Source: Eledone cirrhosa
Taxonomy: Eukaryota
Direction of reading: 5' to 3'
Length of the DNA: 64,000 nt
NCBI GenBank assembly: GCA_964016885.1
Contig: OZ024756.1
Coordinates: 17,484,001-17,548,000 of the forward strand
Shown here: piece after piece, positions 60,524-64,000 of the stretch
Layout: each line of letters opens with the position of its first letter
How positions within the stretch are numbered: position 1 is the stretch's first letter
Program-made: the position numbers and the translations under genes
Notes under the pieces: generated by a model
The model's database searches: none
What the model saw: only the letters and a program-made list of their open reading frames with translations
What the model was told of the DNA's origin: nothing

Positions 60524-60619
60524 ATATCAACATCTTACTCACGTAACAGTCTTCGATCATTTTATCGACGATATTCGACATCATATTTAATACTTTATAT
60601 TTACTTACAATAACTTTAC

Positions 60620-60677
<58 letters not shown>

Positions 60678-60680
<3 letters not shown>

Positions 60681-61016
60681 TAATATATAGTAAGAAACAG
60701 TAAACCGTGTGTCTAAAATTACAAGGGTTGAAAAACCACATATGTTTGAAATATTTAACCAAGAAGCAGACAGAATGATAACATAAAAATAAAAATATAT
60801 TATTATAATACAATAATATATTTTTATTTTTATTTTATCATTCTGTCTGCTTCTTGGTTAAATATTTCAAACATATGTGGTTTTTCAACCCTTGTAATTT
60901 TAGACACACGGTTTACTGTGTTTCTTACTATATATTATTAATCGGCTCAGTATTTATTTATACTTTATACTTAGAGCTTAATAGTTACAGGGTTCCAATT
61001 GAGTTTTAACTCTAAT

Positions 61017-61020
<4 letters not shown>
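60678..61020 (+). mobile_element. Fold-back element with arms of about 125 bp plus an 80-bp unique tail, in (TA)n
   Basis: Arms about 60680-60803 and 60813-60938, near-perfect. Confidence 0.7.
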
Positions 61021-61061
<41 letters not shown>

Positions 61062-61062
<1 letters not shown>

Positions 61063-61250
61063 GTTATTCCGGGTTGAATCGGAGGTAACCACAGTAAGTA
61101 AGGTACTCAATACATTGCAGAGTATAAAAGTTTTAATATAGATGAGATTCTACAGGACTAGAACTGTTTCATTCTTTAGAAACATCAGGAATCCTGATGA
61201 TTTCTAAAGAATGAAACAGTTCTAGTCCTGTAGAATCTCATCTATATTAA

Positions 61251-61253
<3 letters not shown>
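61062..61253 (-). mobile_element. Family B pLTR with fold-back; HHR core on the right arm
   Basis: CTGATGA (61194-61200)-TTTCTAAAGAAT-GAAA-CAG..CTG-TA-GAAT. Confidence 0.8.
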
Positions 61254-61297
<44 letters not shown>

Positions 61298-61300
<3 letters not shown>

Positions 61301-61590
61301 CTATATTTGGGGAGGGTCATATTGTTATAATAATAAAACACACTCACTGTTTGGTTTGGATTGGTTTTCGCTTCTGTATCTTTTATATCTCCATAGTTAA
61401 TTTAGTTGGCAATCAATGTCAGCTAAATTAACTATGGAGATAAAAAAGATACAGAAGCGAAAACCAATCCAAACCAAACAGTAAGTATGTTTTATTATTA
61501 TTTCTGGCAATATTACAACAATATGACCCTCCCCAAATATAACAATATTTGTTTCAACATACGATTTCATATCAAAAATTTTGCAAAATA
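61298..61590. mobile_element. Palindromic pLTR pair related to family C
   Basis: Arms end in ATGACCCTCCCCAAATATA; centre near 61412. Confidence 0.65.
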
Positions 61591-61763
61591 TATATATATA
61601 TAATATATATATATAATACATATATATAATATATATATAATATATACAATACATATATATATATAATATATATATAGTTATTAAAATAACAGATTAAAGT
61701 TTAAGCAAAGAATAGCTGCTTTCACCCTTAACGAGATCTTCTGAAACTAAAAAAAATCAATCA

Positions 61764-62400
61764 GTGAACGCAGAAGTAAATATTTCAAAAAACGCTGCAA
61801 CCGAAGCAAAACAGGAAGACGATACATTGGTTCGTGAAGACGTTCCCTGGCAATGCACGGAAAAAGCGAAAATTAACATCGAAGACGTCACCCATGTCAT
61901 AAGCAGCTGTCCAAAGATGTCATTGCGGTACTATCTACCTATGAGGCATGATGTAGTGGCCAAAACACTGTATAATGCAATCCGTAGCAAAGATAGCCCC
62001 GATAATAAACACATTAAAAGCTACAGCAATGTGGAAGACATACATATACATAATATGAAAGAGTACTGGTGGAATGTTCCAGTAAAAACCCCAATAAAAT
62101 GCAGGCATAACAGACCAGATATAATGATATGAGACAAGGGAAAGAAGTAGTGGAAGTTAGTTGCCCAGCGGATGACAATATTATGTCAAAGATTAGCGAA
62201 AAGGAGAATATCTATGCAGAACTAATGAGAAATCTGCAGATACTCCACCTTGACTATACCTTCATATTTATACCTGTGATTATTGGGGCACTGGGATATG
62301 CTATTAACTGCCTCAGTACAAATCTTGAGAAGCTGGGCTTCACAGGAACAGAAATAACACAACTAGTTAGGAAATTACAAGTACAATCCATTAATGGATT
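61764..62400 (+). pseudogene. R4/Dong-like non-LTR retrotransposon C-terminus (CCHC knuckle plus restriction-like endonuclease)
   Basis: EDVTHVISSC...RHDVVAK, YWWN..V, HNRPDI, VEVSCP, K..Y..L, IPVIIGALG; frameshifted. Confidence 0.85.
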
Positions 62401-62458
62401 ATATATATATATCAATAATATTAATAAATGGAAACTATCTTTATAAAACCATATTTAT

Positions 62459-62513
62459 TCTATTATATATATTTCAAGGGTACCAACATTTTGGTACGCC
62501 CTCATCAGATAAA
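62459..62513 (-). ncRNA. Type I HHR motif in a pLTR fragment (62412-62585)
   Basis: TTTAT-CTGATGA-GGGCGTACCAA-AATG-TTGGTACCCTT-GAAA-TATATA-TA-ATAGA. Confidence 0.75.
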
Positions 62514-62583
62514 ATACAAAAGTTGTTTTACAGATATAGTCACATATTCAAAATTAGAATTTAACGTTTTGAGTTCTGTTTGA

Positions 62584-62633
<50 letters not shown>

Positions 62634-62658
62634 ATGTGTGTGTGTGTACATATATATA

Positions 62659-62823
62659 CGTCCCAAGGCTCTGATACCATCAACACTATAAATACAGAGC
62701 TGGCATATCTAAGAACTGACTAACTGCCTGATGAGGTCATAGCCATTCAATGGCTATCATCGAAATATATATAGCAGTAAATAAAGGATTATGAGTTCAT
62801 GCAATTGACTTATGTTTCGTCAT
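62659..62823 (+). mobile_element. Family G pLTR with an intact HHR at 62723-62778
   Basis: Near-identical to 13098-13262. Confidence 0.85.
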
Positions 62824-62882
62824 TCTATATATATATATATATGTACATATGTACACATATATATGTACACTTACACACACAC

Positions 62883-62913
<31 letters not shown>

Positions 62914-62962
62914 AGAATAAACGTGCTGCGGAGTTGCAAATGGGTTACATATGAATAAAGTG

Positions 62963-63064
62963 GTCCTTCATCAGTGATCTTCCAACCATCATCGGTATTT
63001 CTTCGCTTTAAAGATCATATACCTCCGGTTGGTGCGAGCAACGGCTAAAGAAAGTCGTTGGGAC
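62963..63064 (-). ncRNA. Candidate permuted/pseudoknotted hammerhead-like RNA (element 62913-63080; partly deleted sister copy 55395-55600)
   Basis: GGTA-TA-TGATCTTT-AAA-GCGAA-GAAA-TACC...AAGATCA-CTGATGA-AGGAC. Confidence 0.5.
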
Positions 63065-63540
63065 ATGTAAATAAAGGGAATACACACACACACACACACA
63101 CACATATACGTGTGTGTATGCGTGTTCTCATATTTATGTGCGTGTGTGTGTGAATGAGTGCGCACGTATTCATGCGAGAGAAGAGAAAGAGGCAGAAAGG
63201 GAGAGAGAGAGAGAGAAAGAAAGAGAGAGAGAGAGAGGAATGCGTAAAGAGGAAGATAAGGATAAGGAGTAGGATTTTCTCAGTTCGAAGTATCGATTCA
63301 ATTTTGCCGTGAAAAAAAAATATGTGTGGCAGGTGGATGGGGGGGGGGGGGGGGGGGGGGGGGGGCAGGTGGGGGGGGGGGGATATTCCTGTTCCTTCTT
63401 TTCACGTTCAAACTCTGCAGTCTCATGACTCCTGTGAAGAAATCACATGCACAGGAACACGCGCACGCGCGCCTGCAGGCACGTGCACGTACGCATCTGC
63501 ACACCTGCGCACATTTGCCAGCACAGTTTCTCCGCCACCC

Positions 63541-63590
<50 letters not shown>

Positions 63591-63753
63591 GCACGCTTGT
63601 ATATGTATGTATGTATGTATGTGTGTATGTATGTATGCATGTATATATATATATGTATGTATCTATATATGCATGTATGTATTTATGCATGCATGGCTTT
63701 ATGTATGTATATGTTTGTCTGTCTGTATGTATGTACGCAGGTCTTTATGCATG

Positions 63754-63785
<32 letters not shown>

Positions 63786-64000
63786 TGTATGTATGTATGT
63801 ATGTATGTATGTCTGTCTATATATATGTATGTATGCGTTTATGTATGTAAGCCTCTATGTTCTGGTTTTATAACTTCACAAATTTTTACCAATACAGAGA
63901 GAGAGTCGGTTTCTAACATAGATAGAAGACTCATTGGAATTTACACAACATCAACTATGTAGATATGTATGTGTGTGCAGGTATGGATGGTTTTGTATGT

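Overview
Eukaryotic, repeat-saturated, apparently intergenic or intronic DNA with no intact host gene that I can support. The SINE family and the very long (TA)n/(CA)n/(CAC)n tracts suggest a cephalopod (octopus-like) genome; this is an inference. Nearly all listed ORFs are translations of simple repeats. The real content is: (i) decayed Penelope-like element (PLE) coding fragments, namely an RT at 1.1-1.8 kb and a Naiad-like GIY-YIG endonuclease at 25.0-25.5 kb; (ii) many short PLE pseudo-LTR (pLTR) insertions from about ten families, lodged in (TA)n tracts, many carrying type I hammerhead ribozyme (HHR) motifs and 5' fold-back palindromes; (iii) about 20 copies of a tRNA-derived Nin-domain-like SINE, often stacked in tandem; (iv) RTE, R4/Dong-like and (GATA)n-associated Tx1-like LINE fragments; (v) non-autonomous Helitrons; (vi) several minisatellites, some derived from TEs. 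The most unusual signal is a candidate hammerhead-like RNA whose three core strands occur in an order fitting none of types I, II or III, seen in two diverged families with compensatory base changes (58.2 kb and 63.0/55.4 kb, minus strand). Coordinates were read by eye and may be off by a few bases.
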